This document shows positions 1 through 13,716 of a stretch of DNA of 64,000 bases, one piece after another (within the stretch, counting starts at the first letter, position 1; the number at the start of each line of letters is the position of its first letter). The notes under the pieces are model-generated. The model saw nothing but the letters and a program-made list of their open reading frames with translations, had not been told where the DNA came from and ran no database searches. The position numbers were made by a program, and so were the translations under genes. The stretch comes from Malacoraja senta (taxonomy: Eukaryota): positions 124,001 to 188,000 of the forward strand of contig JAXLNO010000796.1 in NCBI GenBank assembly GCA_038087875.1, in the 5' to 3' direction.

Positions 1-735
1 TCCGTGTTATGGCCGATGATGTGCTGGACATCCTAAGACATATGAAAGTAGATAATTCACCCAGACCTGATCAGATATATCAGAGGACACTGTGGGGAGC
101 TAGAGAAAAAATTGCAAGCGCCCTGACTGAGAGATATGAATCATTGTTAGAGGACTACAGGGCATAGCCTAGAAACTATAAATCAGTGGGCCTACAATCT
201 GCAGTAGGTAAGTTACTGGACAGGATTCTGAGAGATAGGGTAAATATGCATTTGTAGAGACAAGGGCTGGTCAGTGTGGTTTTGTACGTGGGAGATCATG
301 CATCGCCAATCTGGTAGTTTTTGGAAAAAGTAACCAAGAAGGTTGATGATGATAAGGTCATAGACATTGTACATATGGTCTTTAGCAAGGCCTTTGATAA
401 GTTTCTGCATGGTAGGCTGCTCTGGATGATTAGAGCTCATGGAATTCAGGGAGAACTAGCTGCCTAAACAAAGAATTACATTCATGGAAGCATAGGGTGA
501 TAGTGGAAGTGCTTTTCACACTGGAGGCCTGTGACTAGAGGTGTCCCTCAGGGATCAGTGCTGGGCCCATTGCTGATTGTGGTTTATATAAGCAACTTAG
601 ATGAAAATGTGCGGCATGATTAGAAACTTTGCAGATGACATTGACCTAGTTGGTATCATAAACAGTGAACATAGTTATCAAAAATTACAGCTGGATCGTG
701 ATCAGTGAGACAAGTGGGCTGAAGAATGGTTAATG
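1..735 (+). mobile_element. Degenerate CR1 RT fragment
   Basis: [12 protein letters not shown] (about 540-575) and FADD (about 628-640) remnants with stops. Confidence 0.85.
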
Positions 736-739
736 GAGC

Positions 740-1260
740 TTCCAGGCCTGACCTACTGACACTGTTGATCATGCCACCATCGGCCCACAAAGCTTCCAGG
801 CCATGTTTGCCGCCAACCTTTACCTGTACTCTAGCCACTCGTGGGCCCATTGACTCCGCCGATCCTCGCCTCTTCACCAGCCACCAGTCGGCCAAAGACA
901 TCAACACATGGTTTGCAAGCCCCTTTTCCGGCCTTGGGCCTCTACGCTGCTGGCCCCGACAATATACAGTAAAGCTCTCCGGGGTCCTTCCCCCCCGACT
1001 TCCTTCTGATACAGAACAGTCAGTCTTCAACTGAGGCCTTATCTTTGTATCCCTACGCCCCCACCTCAACAAATTCAGGGCTCACCATGATGTAGAGATC
1101 TTCTTCAGTTGCCTCCGCCTCCAAGCCTTTTTCTACGGGAAGGAGTCCTCACCTCCCGGTGAAAACACAGTCCTCCTTATCCTACAAACCCCATCCTCTT
1201 TGACCCCCTGTGCCAGCCTTCTACCCTCTCCCGACCTGTTTATTTCGAACTGCTGGCATG
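740..1260 (+). mobile_element. Penelope-like element, N-terminal ORF remnant
   Basis: Degenerate PxxLPSDTEQSVFN*GLIFVSLRPHLNKFRAHHDVEIFFSCLRLQAFFYG matches the PLE pre-RT motif (SVLSRGLTFVP...RRLRL). Confidence 0.55.
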
Positions 1261-2764
1261 ACATATCTCTAAACCAAACTCAATTATGAACAAATAGTGA
1301 TTCATTTCTAAGTCAGGATGGATCCCAGGTCAGGTTCCCACACATCTGCTGACCTTGTTGTTCTTGTGCTTGAGATGTTGAGTTTGGAATGTTCGGATGG
1401 ACTAGATGACACGTATCTGCAGTGTGTTTTGTCACTGGTTGAAGCTTGTGGTGCAGTGAATAAATGAGGAAATGAAATTGAGCATTGTGCAATCAACAAC
1501 AGACAATCACTTTTGACTTTATAATGGAAGGAAGGAAGGAAGGTCACTAAAGTACCAGATCTTGATTATTGAGTACTCCACATCTTCCAGGCACCTAACA
1601 TTGATTTACCTTGATTGGGTTACTTGGATCTGCATAAGGAATGGGAACAGCTTCAAACAATCTACTTGATTGTTGTTAATTAATTTTATTAATAATATCA
1701 TAGAGTCATAGAGTGATACAGTTTGGAAACAGGTCCTTCGGCCCAACTCGCCCACACCGGCCAACAATGTCCCAGCTACACTGGTCCCACTTGCCTGCGA
1801 TTGTCTAACTGTTTCTTAAAGGATAGGATAGTCCCAGCCTCAACTACCTCCTCTGGCAGCTTGTTCCATACACCCACCAGCCTTTGTGTGAAAATGTTGA
1901 CCCTCGGATTCCTATTAAATCTTTTTCCCCTTCACCTTGAACCTATGTCCTCTGGTCCTCGATTCCCCTACTCTGGGCAAAGTCTCTGTGCATCGAATAA
2001 CAGTTGATTGCGTTATCATTTCAATGTGTGCTGATCTTTCAGGAAACTTTCCAAGTCAATCCATGTTCACCACACTCATAGTCACTTTGAGGTAACATTG
2101 GCAGGGCAGGTTGTCCCTTATGGTAATCTTGATAAGGAATGTCTGGCCAAGTGTACAATGGCCAATTAATTCATGAAATCAGATTCAAGTTGGGGTTGTG
2201 GACCAGTGTCTGTTCCATGCAAGAATAATCCTGATATTATGAACTTTACACTAATACCAAACATTGTGGGCTAAACCCTGCAGCTCCAAACCGGTGCTGC
2301 CACCAAAGCAATAGGTTATCAGGTCAAGTTAAATCTCTACATTGTTTATAACTTTGGAGTTTTGATTTATGCAAAATGTTAATGGAAATCAATACAAATT
2401 GTGTATTGTCTCAATGTAATCTATATTTCCTGTAGTCTTGTACTAAAGTATGATTGTCCTTGTGTATTGTAAATGTTTGACAGAACTGTAGGCAAAAAGT
2501 AATTTCACTGAACCCAGGTATATGTGACAATAAAGTACCATTGAACCATTGAATCAATGCACCCACTGTCACTTGAATACATAAGCAGGTTATAGACAAG
2601 AATTATTTTAAAATTCATTTGCCCAGGTTTATGCACAGGTATGAAGTATTAATAGTCTCAGTTCAGTTTAGTTTATTGTGAAATAGTGAAAGCTGTTTAC
2701 AGTGAAAAGCTTTTGTTGTGTGCTAACCAGTCAGCAGAAAGTCAATACATGATTGTAATCGATC

Positions 2765-2956
2765 TGAAGATAGACACATAAAGCTGGAGTAACTCAGCAG
2801 GACAGGCAGCATCTCTGGAGAGAAGGAATGGGTGACGTTTCAGGTTGAGACTTTCTTCAATTCTTCTCTCCAGAGATGCTGCCTGCCCCGCTGAGTTACT
2901 CCAGCTTTTTTATGACTATCTTCTGTTTAAACCAGTATCTGCAGTTCCTTCGTACA
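2765..2956. repeat. Palindromic (hairpin) Penelope-terminus-derived element
   Basis: Left arm GAAGATAGACACATAAAGCTGGAGTAACTCAGC...CTCTGGAGAGAAG is the reverse complement of the right arm ending GACTATCTTC. Confidence 0.8.
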
Positions 2957-3119
2957 CATTACAATCGATCCATTTACAATGTATCACAGCAACTGGAGAA
3001 AGAATCTCATCCTTTAATCCCATTTTTTCCCTCAGTCCAACACACTGAACACAATGGAAATTAGCTGATTGACCGGAGATGTGTTCTCCATGACTTTGCA
3101 CAACTCAAGCTGTGGAAGC

Positions 3120-4335
3120 TCTACAGAGCTGTAGATGTTGTGTACATGGATTTCAGAAAGGTATTCGAAAAGGCTCCGCATGGTAGGCTGCTCTGGAAGA
3201 TTTGATCACATGAGATCCAAGGAGAGATAGCTGAATGGATAGCAAATGGCTCCATGGAAGGAAGCAGAGGGTGATGGTGGAAGGTTGCTTCACTGATTGA
3301 AGGCGTGTGACTAGTGGTGTGACTCAGGGTTCGGTGCTGGGCCCGTTACTGTTTGTCATCTACATAATTGATTTGGATGATATAATACGGGGCAAGATTA
3401 GCAAGGTTGCTGATGATACAAAAGGGAGTGGTTTTGCAGATAGTGAAGATGGTTGTGAACGGTTGCAGGTAGACAATGGTTGTGAACGATTGCAGCAGGA
3501 TCTGGATCGATTGGCCAGTGGGCCGAGGAATGGTTGATGGAATTTAATACAGAGAAGTGTGAGGTGTTGCTTTTTGGGACGTCTAACACAGTAAATGGTC
3601 GGTCTCTGGGGAGTGTTGAGAGGAGAGGGATCTAGGAGTACAAGTGCAAGGTTCCTTAAAGGTCGAGTCATAGGTAGATAAGGTGGTCAAAAAGGCTTTT
3701 GGCACATTGGCCTTCATCAGTCAGAATAATGAGTACAGAAGTTGGGAGGTCATGTTGCAGTTGTATAAGATGTTGGTGAGACCGCATTTAGAATATTGTG
3801 TTCAGTTCTGGGCACCATGTTATAGGAAAGATATTGTCAAGCTTGAAACTGGTCAGAAAAGATTTACAAGGATGTTGCCAGGACTAGAGGGTGTGAGTTA
3901 TAGGGAGAGGTTGAGTAGGCTGGGTCTCTATTCCTTGGAGCGCAGGAGGATGAGGGGTGATCTTGTAAGAGGTATACAATACCATCAGAGGAATAGTTCG
4001 GGTAGATGCACAGAGTCTTTTGCCCAGAGTAGGGGAATCGAGGACCAGATGACATAGTTTCAAGGTCAATGGGATAAGATTTAATAGGAAACTGAAGGGT
4101 AACGTTTTCACACAAAGTGTGGTGGGTGTATGGAACAAGCTCCCAGAGGAGGTAATTGAGGCTGGGACAATCCCCTCGTTTAAGAAACAGTTAGACATGT
4201 ACATGGATATGACAGGTTTGGAGGGATATGGACCAAAGGCAGGCAGGTGGGACTAGTGTAGCTGGGACATGTTGCCCAGTGTGGACAAGTTGGGCTGAAG
4301 GGCCTGTTCCCAAACTGTATCACTCTATGACTCCA
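3120..4335 (+). mobile_element. Degenerate CR1 ORF2 3-prime fragment with UTR
   Basis: SGVTQGSVLGPLLF, ADD, VRPHLEYCVQFW, ERRRMRGDL. Includes a small internal duplication (DGCERLQ x2). Confidence 0.9.
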
Positions 4336-4888
4336 TAACTAAAAGTCATGGAAGGAAGGAGATAATTTTCATTGGAGATGGGTTGTATGATGTGAAAGTG
4401 TTCATCGAATGTAAAATTTCTGTTTGCATTCGACTAGGTCAGTTTATCTTGGCATTACATTCGGCATATACATTGTGGGCCAAAGGGTGAGTTCCTGACC
4501 TGTAATATTCTGTATCTGATAGTCTACAAATCACACATTCACCCTGCCTCTGTTCCTGTACCTCTTCTGACTGATCTGTTGGGCTGAGACTCCAACCCCA
4601 ACCTCTTACACAATGTGAGATTTGTGGAATGACAAATACATTTCCATCACTTAGTGACTGGAGCACCTCAGGCACTGGGCCAAGTGTTTGCTGATAAACT
4701 GTCCACTATTGCCTGGGTTCTTGAGTGAACAAGGAACTCTTTCAATACCTTCTCAACTATCTAAAAGATCAAGTAACAGGGTGGAACGTAATTAATTCAA
4801 TTTGGTTCATATTTATGTTATAAAATTAGATATGATAAATATAGATTAATTGCATAAATGTATCTGTCATTGATAAACTTGATCTGTT

Positions 4889-5041
4889 CACACCATTTTG
4901 AATCACATGCCCGTTCAAAAATTCCTCCATTCACACCATTCTGAATCACATACCCCATTCAAAAATGCCCCCACCAACACCATTCTGAAGCTTATACCCA
5001 TTCAAAAAATTATCCATTCACACAATACTGATTCACATACC
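4889..5041. repeat. Degenerate minisatellite, about 43-bp unit x 3.5
   Basis: CACACCATT(T/C)TGAATCACAT...CATTCAAAAA starts at about 4889, 4932, 4975 and 5019. Confidence 0.7.
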
Positions 5042-6499
5042 AAATGTGTAGGAAGGAACTGCAGATGCCAGTTTACACGGGAGAGAGACACAAAATGCTG
5101 GAGTAACTCACAGGCAGCATCTCTGGAGAGAAGGAATGGGTGACATTGTGGGTCGAGACCCTACTTCAGACCAAGATGTGTTCAGATCCAATAGACTACT
5201 TTTAAATTCTGTGCATTCACATTTCCATCCAAATCCCACTGACTCACATTTCAGTCAACATCTCCATTCTCATTGACATGCGATTTACACATAGGCCAGG
5301 ATGATTTTTTCCCCAAAGGATCTCAACCCAAAACATCACCCATTCCTTCTATCCAGAGCTGCTGCCTGTGCCTCTGAGTTACTACAACATTTTGTGTCTA
5401 TCTTCAGCTTAAACCAGCATCTGCAGTTCCTTTGTTTACATTAAGAATTCCTTGGACTTGTTTAGCATGGTTTGAACTCATTGTTTGAAAGCAGAATTCA
5501 TTAACATTGTCCAATAGGGAGTGTGAGTATTTCTTGAAGTAAATGCCACAATTTGTTTGCTTTTCCTTGTGAAAGGCTGTGTTTGGTATTGGGTTTCCTG
5601 AATTCAACTGTAATCAATATCAGACTGACACAAAAAGCCTTGATCTCACCATTAACTATAGAGTAGCATGCAGTCTAAGTTCAGGCTAGGCTGTGATGTC
5701 TCCCAGTAAATGGAAATAGCTCTCAAACATACCATGTGCAAACTGATCCTCAAAGTTCGGTCGTGTGAGAAAGGTATTGTAGAGAGTGTGTCTACTTACA
5801 GCTAAAGCAGAACAAGAGGTCAGTGCACTTGTATCAGAGAAATTGATTAAAACATTTTTAAATAACCTACGCCTTTCCAGAGAATGCCATCTTGTAACAA
5901 AAGGCCTGTTATCAATAGATTATGAGAGGTGGCTGTTGATTGAATTGAATTGAATACTTTATTGTCACATGTGACAAGTCTCAGTGACATTCTTTGCTTG
6001 CACACACAAGGTATGGAAATATTTGCTCATAAAGGGCGTTTACAAAGTTACAAATCTCCGTCCCCCACGCCGGGTCCTCCTTTGCTCCTTCCCTCAGCAG
6101 CGGCGTCCTCAATTCCACGAGTCCGTTCTCGTCCATTGGTCGGCGCCATCATCGACCGCCACACTGGCCTTTTCATTAACGCTGCCGGGTCCTCTCCGGA
6201 CACCTTTGTGGCACTGACCCAAGCCCCCGCTGCGGGCTCCATCCACCCAGGCAAGAAGTAACTGTGAGTTGTGTGCAAAACATTTTTTTCATGCGGTGTC
6301 AGCCACAGCATATCTCCATTCTCAGTCAGAGAGCCACGGGTCAATATCCCACCAAAGAAACACCAGTGGAATCTAGTGCTATACGGGACGTTCTGCAGAG
6401 TTTGTGATGCAATTTTACAACCACATGTTAAAACAAAATACTACCAGGCCGGCACAATGGCACAACTGGCAGAGCTGCTCCCTCAGTGCTAGAGAATAT

Positions 6500-7040
6500 T
6501 GTGAGCAATTTTGGGCACTATATCTGAGAAAGGATGTCCTGGCTCTGGAGAGGGTCCAGAGGAGGTTTACAACAATGATCCCAGAAATTAGTAGATTAAC
6601 CTATCATGAACATTTGTTAGCACTGGGTCTGTACTCTCTGGAGTTTAGAAGAATGAGGGGGGACCTCATTAAAACCTACAGAATAGTGAATGGTTTGGAT
6701 AGAGTGGATGTGGAGAGGATGTATCCACTAGTGAGAGAGTCTAGGACTGGAGGCCATAGCCTCAGATTTAAAGGACGTTCTTTTAGGAAGATGAGGAGAA
6801 ATTTCTTAAGGCAGAGGGTGGCAAATCCATGGAATTTGTTGCCACAGAAGGCTGTGGAGGCCGTCTGGATATTTTTAAGTCGAAGATAGATAGATTCTTG
6901 ATTGGTACAAGTGTCCGAGGTTATGGGGAGAAGGCAGGAGAATTGGGGTGAGGAGGGAGAGATAGATCAGTAATGATTGAATGGTGGAGTGAACTAGATG
7001 GGCCGAATGGCCTAATTCTACACCCATTCCTTATGACCTG
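6500..7040 (+). mobile_element. CR1 3-prime fragment
   Basis: EQFWALYLRKDVLALERVQRRFT...LEFRRMRGDL. Confidence 0.85.
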
Positions 7041-8869
7041 GCCTTGATCCTGCCCTCAAGTACTGTCCGTGTGGAGTTTGCACCTTCCCCCTGTGACTGC
7101 GCTGGCTACCTCCAGGTGGTCCAGCTTCCTCGTACACCACATGCTGGCTTGTTGCTTAATTGGCCTCCGTGAAGTCAAAATGTGATGCATAAATGTGATA
7201 ACTCTGAACTGGTGTGAACGGATGGTCAATGACTGGTGTGGATTCGCTGGGCTGAATGGACTGATATATATTTCAGCCCTCTAAAAAATAATCCCAAAAC
7301 GTTATTTAAGGAATACAGGTTAATCCCAGAATCCTCATTGATATTTATCTTGCAGTTGATACCACCGAAGAACACAGATCATCTGTCGCTCATCACATTT
7401 CCCTTTGAATGAAAATTGAAAGCAGTGTTTGAGAGTGTCAGCGGTGAGGACAGGTTGGACAAACTTAGATCATTTGCTCTTGTGGAGTTGGAATATGAGG
7501 GGGGTGGGGGACACCTGATGGAAGTATATATAATTATGAGAGACACAGAGTAGAGAGGAGTAAATCTTAAATGATTTTTTACACAGAGAGTGGTGGGTGC
7601 TTGGAGCATGCTGTCAGAGGAAATAGTGGAAACAGATATGATAGCAATGTTTAAAGGCATTTAAACAGGCATGTATGTGGTACTGCTCTATGTTTTATGT
7701 TAACTAATAAATTGATTTTGACTGTCACGCCACACAGTGGCTCTTTTATTTTTTATTTTTATTATTATCTTGTTTATCTATTTATACTCTGTTTATGGGC
7801 CTGTTAGGCTGCTGCATGTAATAATGTAATTGTTCTGTTGTTGGAACATTTAATTAGACATTTCATTAAAGAAGCTTTCTCTTGTCTCTCTTGGGTCGTG
7901 ACATGTGAACAGAGAGGAAATGAAGGGGTGTGTGGAAAGGAACAGCAGATGCCGGTTTAAACCAAAGGTAGACACAAAAATCTTGAGTAACTCAGCGGGA
8001 AAGGCAGCATCTCAGGAGAGAAGGACTGGGTGATGTTTTGGATCGATGCCCTTCTTCAGTCTGGATAGACAATGTGCAGGAAGATGGGATTAGTTTGTAA
8101 AGGCAACATAGCCAGCACAGACGTTGTGATGCTAGGGCTTATCCCTGTGTGATCCTGCTCAATGTTCTCTGTTTATTCATTCAATAGTGTTTACATTTCA
8201 AGAAATACTCAGTGGTTCTAAATGTTTTTAAAATGTTGTGAAAGGTTTTACAAGAATGAATCTATATATTTTACTTTTTTCTCCGTTTTTCATATTCTGA
8301 TTTACATTGTAAAGAATCTCATTGTGTACGCACACAGAAACCAACCAAACAGTATCATACTTCAAGGCCAGAGTTTATGTTGCACTTGAACCTGCAAACA
8401 CCCTTGTTGGTATAACTTTATCAGTGTAACCATCTGTTGGCTTGTTACTTATTTGTTTATCGAAGCAGCTTGCTGTTAAATAAAGGTGATATATTTACCA
8501 CAGCTTCTCACTATGTAGCAGATCTCCCCCCTTGTCAATCTTTTCCGAGAGTCTCCCTTCTTTATCTCTTTCCTTTGCTGCTACATTTTCCTTGATCTCC
8601 ATTCCCTTTGTCCTGTTTTCACATCTTACACGTCCTTATCTATACACGTCCTTATCTATCGACCTCCCATTCCCCTGACATCAGCCTGAAGAAGGGTCTC
8701 GACCCAAAATGTCACCCATTCCTTCTCTTCAGAAATGCTGCCTGTCCCGACGAGTTACTCCAGCATGTTGTGTCTATGTCCTGATTGGATCTCTTGTTGT
8801 TTCCTTGCATTCTTATTTTGATTGTCATTAAAGTTGTTGGCCTTGCCTGTACTGGATCCCACCCCTGGC

Positions 8870-9410
8870 CCAAGACAAGCAACAAGACACAATGACATAA
8901 AAGTTAACATAAACATCCACCACGGCAGATTCCCACATTACTCACTGTGATGGAAGGCAAAAAAGTCCAATCTTCTTTCTTTTTATTCTCCCGCGGTCGG
9001 GGCAGTTGAAGCACCTGTGTCAGGGCGATAGAAGCTCCTGTGTTGGGGTGGTCAAAGCACCTGCGGCTTGGAGCTCCCGAGGTCGGTCTCTGACCAGAGA
9101 CCGCGAGCTCCGTGATGTTAAGTCCGCAAGCACCCACAATTGGAGCTCCGAGGTCGATCCCTGGCAAAGAGATTGTGAGCTGCGTGATGGTAACTCCGCA
9201 GGCTCCCGTGGTGGAGCTGTCAAAAGTCGGCCTCCACCAAAGGACAGCAACTCCTGGATGTTAGGCTGCAGTGCGGACCGAGATACGATACAGAAAAAAA
9301 TCGCATCTCCATCGAGGTAAGATATTAGAAAAGGTTTCCCCCAACCCCACACCCCACCCCACGTAAAACAAGCTAAAGAACACTAAAAACATACATTTAA
9401 CACATGGGTC
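8870..9410 (-). mobile_element. GC-rich dispersed non-autonomous repeat, related to 19560-20120
   Basis: Shares TTTTTTGCCTTCCATCACAG with the opposite-orientation copy near 19965. No coding homology recognised. Confidence 0.5.
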
Positions 9411-9810
9411 AGCATCCTTGTTCTGCATAGGAGCCAGGACCCATGTCTGTGAGTGGATGGAGGGCCACATCTGTCACCATAGTTAATAATTAATTAATTA
9501 TAGTTTTAAAAAATCGTAACAAAAAGACAATTACCCCCGGGACAAATACGACTAAAGTGCAACACTGTGGCCGGAGCGGAATTGCTCACCGACCTCGCTG
9601 ATGCTTTGTTTTCCTCCAGCCCGTCCACCGCTGGGCTCCCGAAGAAACCGCTCCAGCACAGCGTTGTCGAAGTCGCTCTCATCCCGCTGCAGTTTCACAC
9701 AAGCCACAGCACCGAGGTGGGGGTGGGGGGTGGGGGGGGGCGCTTTCACTTCGGGTGGTCGGGAGGATGGAAGAGGGGGTGGAAGGGTAGGGACGGGGAG
9801 AAAGATTTAA

Positions 9811-10124
9811 GGGCCTGTCCCACTGTACGAGGTAATTCAAGAGCTCTCCCGAGTTTTAAAAAAATCAAACTCGTGGTAAGTACGTAGAATGTACGTAGCG
9901 GGTACGTCGGAGCTCGGGACGTCTCTTAGTGGCTCGTAATGCTAACGGCATGTACTCAGGAAACGCGGTAAGCTCGTGAAGACTCGTGAAGATTTTTAAA
10001 CGTGTTGAAAAATGTCCACGAGAGCCCCGAGTACCTACGAGCGGCTATTACTGTAATTCTCCGAGTTCGAATCATGGGAAACTCGGGAGAACTCTTGAAT
10101 TAGCTCGTACAGTGGGACAGGCCT
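9811..10124. mobile_element. MITE with about 45-bp TIRs, PIF/Harbinger-like
   Basis: GGCCTGTCCCACTGTACGAG(G/C)TAATTCAAGAG(C/T)TCTCCCGAGTT at both ends in inverted orientation. Left flank TAA, right flank degenerate. No ORF. Confidence 0.75.
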
Positions 10125-10157
10125 TTGAGTCGACAGGTATTGTGATATGGAATTGGC

Positions 10158-10185
10158 TGTGTGTGTGTGTGTGTGTGTGTGTGTG
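10158..10185. repeat. (TG)14 microsatellite
   Basis: Direct read. Confidence 0.95.
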
Positions 10186-10897
10186 AGAACTGCTCTCGGA
10201 TAAGTGTTGTGTGTGTTTTGTGTTACGCCTGCGTGCCGGATGATTTCGAGTTACAGACCGGATCTGGGCCGTAGGTTGCCAACCCCTGATTTAACACAAA
10301 CTGTTAAAACACAAAGAAGGAAGGGACAGACAGACTGTTGGCGAGACAGCCATTGCTGGCGCCACCCAGTGGTTGGGTTGGTTAGTTAGTTTGCAGGCGC
10401 CACCAACATTGATGGAGTTGCGAACAGTGAAGAAGGCTGCCCAAGTGTACAATGGGAAATACATCAGATACAGAAATGGGCAGAAAATTGAAAATGGAGT
10501 TCATTTTGAGCAAGTATGTTACACTTTGAGTGGTCGAATGTAAAGGAAAAGTATACAGTTATTGGCAAGACCCTTAACAGCATTAATCTACAGAGAGATC
10601 TTGGGGTTGAATCTTGGGTTTCTAGAGACAGGAAGTCATAATACAGTTTTATAGGGCTGGGTAGTCCACATTTGGAGTATTATGTGTAGTTTTTGTTGAC
10701 CCATTACATAAAGGATGTAGAGGCATTGGAAAGGGTGCAGAGGTTTACAAGAATGATGCCTCAACTAGGGTGTGTTGGCTACATGAAACATATGGACAGA
10801 CATGGATTGCTTCCGCTACAATGCCGGAGTTTGATGGGACACCGGATAGAAGTACATAAAACTATGAGAGGTATAGATAGGATAGATAGTCAGAACA

Positions 10898-11224
10898 GGG
10901 GCAGTCACTGTGGCGCAGCGGTAGAGTTGCTGCTTTACAGCGCTTGCAGCGTGGGAGACCCAGGTTCGATCCCGACCACGGGTGCTGTACGTGTGGAGTT
11001 TGTACGTTCTCTCCATGACAGCATGGGTTTTCTCCGAGATCTTCGGTTTCCTCCCACACTCCAAAGATGTACAGGTATGTAGATTAATTGGCTTGGTGTA
11101 TGTGTAAATCGTCCCGAGTGTGTGTAGGATAGTGCTAATGCCCAGGGATCACTAGTCGGTGCGGACTCGGTGGGCCGAAGGGCCTGTTTCCACACTGTAT
11201 CTCTAAACTAAAATAAACTAAACT
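10898..11224 (+). mobile_element. V-SINE (HE1-like) inserted in a CR1 fragment
   Basis: tRNA head TGGCGCAGCGG/GTTCGATCC, V-domain GTTTGTACGTTCTC...GGTTTCCTCCCACA.TCCAAAGA and a (CTAAA)n tail. Confidence 0.85.
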
Positions 11225-12379
11225 CAACATGGATGGAAACATTAAATACAAGAGGGCATAGTTTTAAGATGAATGTTTAAAGGAAATGTGCAGGGCATGT
11301 TTTTTCACAGACAGTGACGAGTGCCTGGATGGCACTGTCTGAGGTGCGGTTGAGGCTGCTTGTAAATATATTGTCTTGCCTTCAGAGGTGTTGGGTCAAA
11401 ATCTTGCAAACCCCTCCAAAAAGTCTGTAACAGTCAGGTTTCTGCCTCATCTCAGTCCTTGCGATGAATCTCACACCTAAGCAATAAATTCAGGGTCATC
11501 CAGATTGCAAACACTGATGGAAACAAGCCAATTATCATTTGGTGTAACATTAAACTCACAGTTAAATATTAACAGAAAATAAATATCAGTACATCAAGAA
11601 AGTTGATGTTTCATGCTGACTAGGGTGTGGGAATTAGATGACTCGGGAATGGAATTTAGTTTTGTCTGAATTTTTAATGTACCTAGTAAATACACTTAAG
11701 ATATCAGCAATCAAGTAATTATTATGTGTTTTCACAATCACCACAATAGATCAGTACAACACAGGAACAGGCCCTTTGGCCCACAATGTCTGTGTTGAAC
11801 ATGATGCCAAGACCAACTCCTATCTGCCGGCACATAATATACCTCCATTCCCTGCACATCCTACAACAATAAGGGCAACATGGTGATGCAACACTGGAGT
11901 TGCTGCCTTATGTGCCACACAGCCGGGTTTGATCTTGACTATGGGTATGTAGGTTAATTGGGTTGGTATAAATGTAAACCTGTTCCAAGTGTGTGTAGGA
12001 TAGTGTTAGTGTGCGGGAATTGGTGCGGACCCTGTTTCTGCCCTGTATCTCTAAACTAAACTAAACTAAATGTGCTAACCAGTCAGTGGAAAGACAATAC
12101 ATGATTACAATCGAGCCATCCATAGTGTACAGATATATGATAAAGGGAATAACGTCAATAACATTTGGTGCAAGATAAAGGCAGTAAAGTCCGATCAAAG
12201 ATTGTCCAAGGATCTCCAATGCAGGAGACAGTAGTTCAAGACTGCACCCTGGTTGTTGGTAGGATGGTTTCAGTTACCTGATAACAATTGGGAAGAGACT
12301 GTCCCTGAATGTGGAGGTGTGAGTTTTGACAATTGGTTATATGAAGAGTAAAGTTGTTGTTATTCTGTTCAAATGAGCA

Positions 12380-12795
12380 TTTGACGGCACTAGGCCTCTA
12401 CTCGCTGGAGTTTAGAAGGATGAGGGAAACCTCATTGAAACTTACCTGATAGTGAAAGGCCTGGATAGAGTGGATGTTGAGAGGATGTTTCCACTAGTGT
12501 CAGCATCTCACCAGAGGGCAAAGCCTCACAATTAAAGTACACTCCTTTAGGAAGGAGATGAGGAGGAATTTCTTTATTCAGAGGGTGGTGAATCTGTGGA
12601 ATTCTGCCACAGAAGGCTGTGGAGGCCGTCAATGGATATTTTTTTATGGCAGAGATAGATAGATTCTTGAATAGAACGGGTGTCGGGGGTTATGGGGAGA
12701 AGGTAGGAAAATGTGGTTTGGAGGATAGGATAGATCAGCCATGATTGATGGGACGAATGGCCTAATTCTGTTCCTATCACTTATGATCTTATGAA
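12380..12795 (+). mobile_element. CR1 3-prime fragment
   Basis: LEFRRMR...VVNLWNSLPQ plus 3-prime UTR. Confidence 0.8.
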
Positions 12796-13566
12796 CTTAT
12801 GATTGAGTAAATAGCTGTCTGTAGTATTAACAATGACAAAACAAGTATATAGGTCAGTGTAGCATGCTAACGTCTTGGTAAAACTCATTCAAAAGTATTT
12901 TATTAAATGCTCATAATTCAGAAATGACACTGGTGGATATACAATGACATTCTCAGTCTGTTGCACATAAAACACTTCCACAGCTATTACACCACAGCTT
13001 TGATAATGAGTATTGTTCCCAGTGATCTGTCAGGTCAACAAAACACAGCCCCCATACGTTACCATGTTCCATAAATATTCACATGACATGGTACTGGGAT
13101 GTTGTCTATGTGGAGTTTGCATGTTCTCCCTGTGACCACGTGGGATTTCTCCCGGTGCTCCGGTTTCCTCGCACATCTCAGTGATGTACAGGTTTGTAGG
13201 TGAGTTGGCTTTTGTAAAATTGCCCTAGTGTATGGAAAGAGGATGTGAAAGAGGGATAACAGAACTGGTGTGTTGGATGGTTGGTATCAACTCGATGAGC
13301 TGAAGGCTCTGCATCCATGCTGTATCACTCAACTAAACTAAGCAATATTATCTAAGCTGTGGTGTAGAGCGTGGTTCGTATTGAAAACAAAGATCCTTGT
13401 TGACTGGCCCATCAAATACTTGAAGCACTGAGTGAAGCATTAAATGCAAAGGCAATTACTTCTCCACTACACCATCAGGTATGTGAACAAGGAATGCAGG
13501 TTACAGTATGTGACAAAGAGAAGTGGCAAAATAACTAGGAACGAACTGCAGATGCAGGTTTAACCC

Positions 13567-13716
13567 GAAGATAGGCTCAAAAAGCTGGAGTGACTCAGCG
13601 GGTCAAACAGCATTTCTGGAGTCTGAACAAGGGTCTCATCCCGAAATGTCACCTATGCCTTGTATCCAGAGATGCTGACTGACCCGGTGAGTTTCTCCAA
13701 CTTTTTGTGTCTATCT
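13567..13716. repeat. Palindromic Penelope-derived element with a central degenerate hammerhead core
   Basis: About 50-bp inverted arms flank TCTGAACAAGGGTCTCATCCCGAAATGTC. Confidence 0.75.

Noticed and set aside
1308-1420. Possible minus-strand terminal exon for the class I tail
   Set aside because: 14 kb from the TM exon, phase incompatible with the phase-0 donor (immediate stop), and no homology.
8338-8484. Possible plus-strand terminal exon (ETNQTVSYFKARVYVALEPANTLVGITLSV*) with AATAAA at 8479
   Set aside because: Weak acceptor, no recognisable protein and no partner exons.
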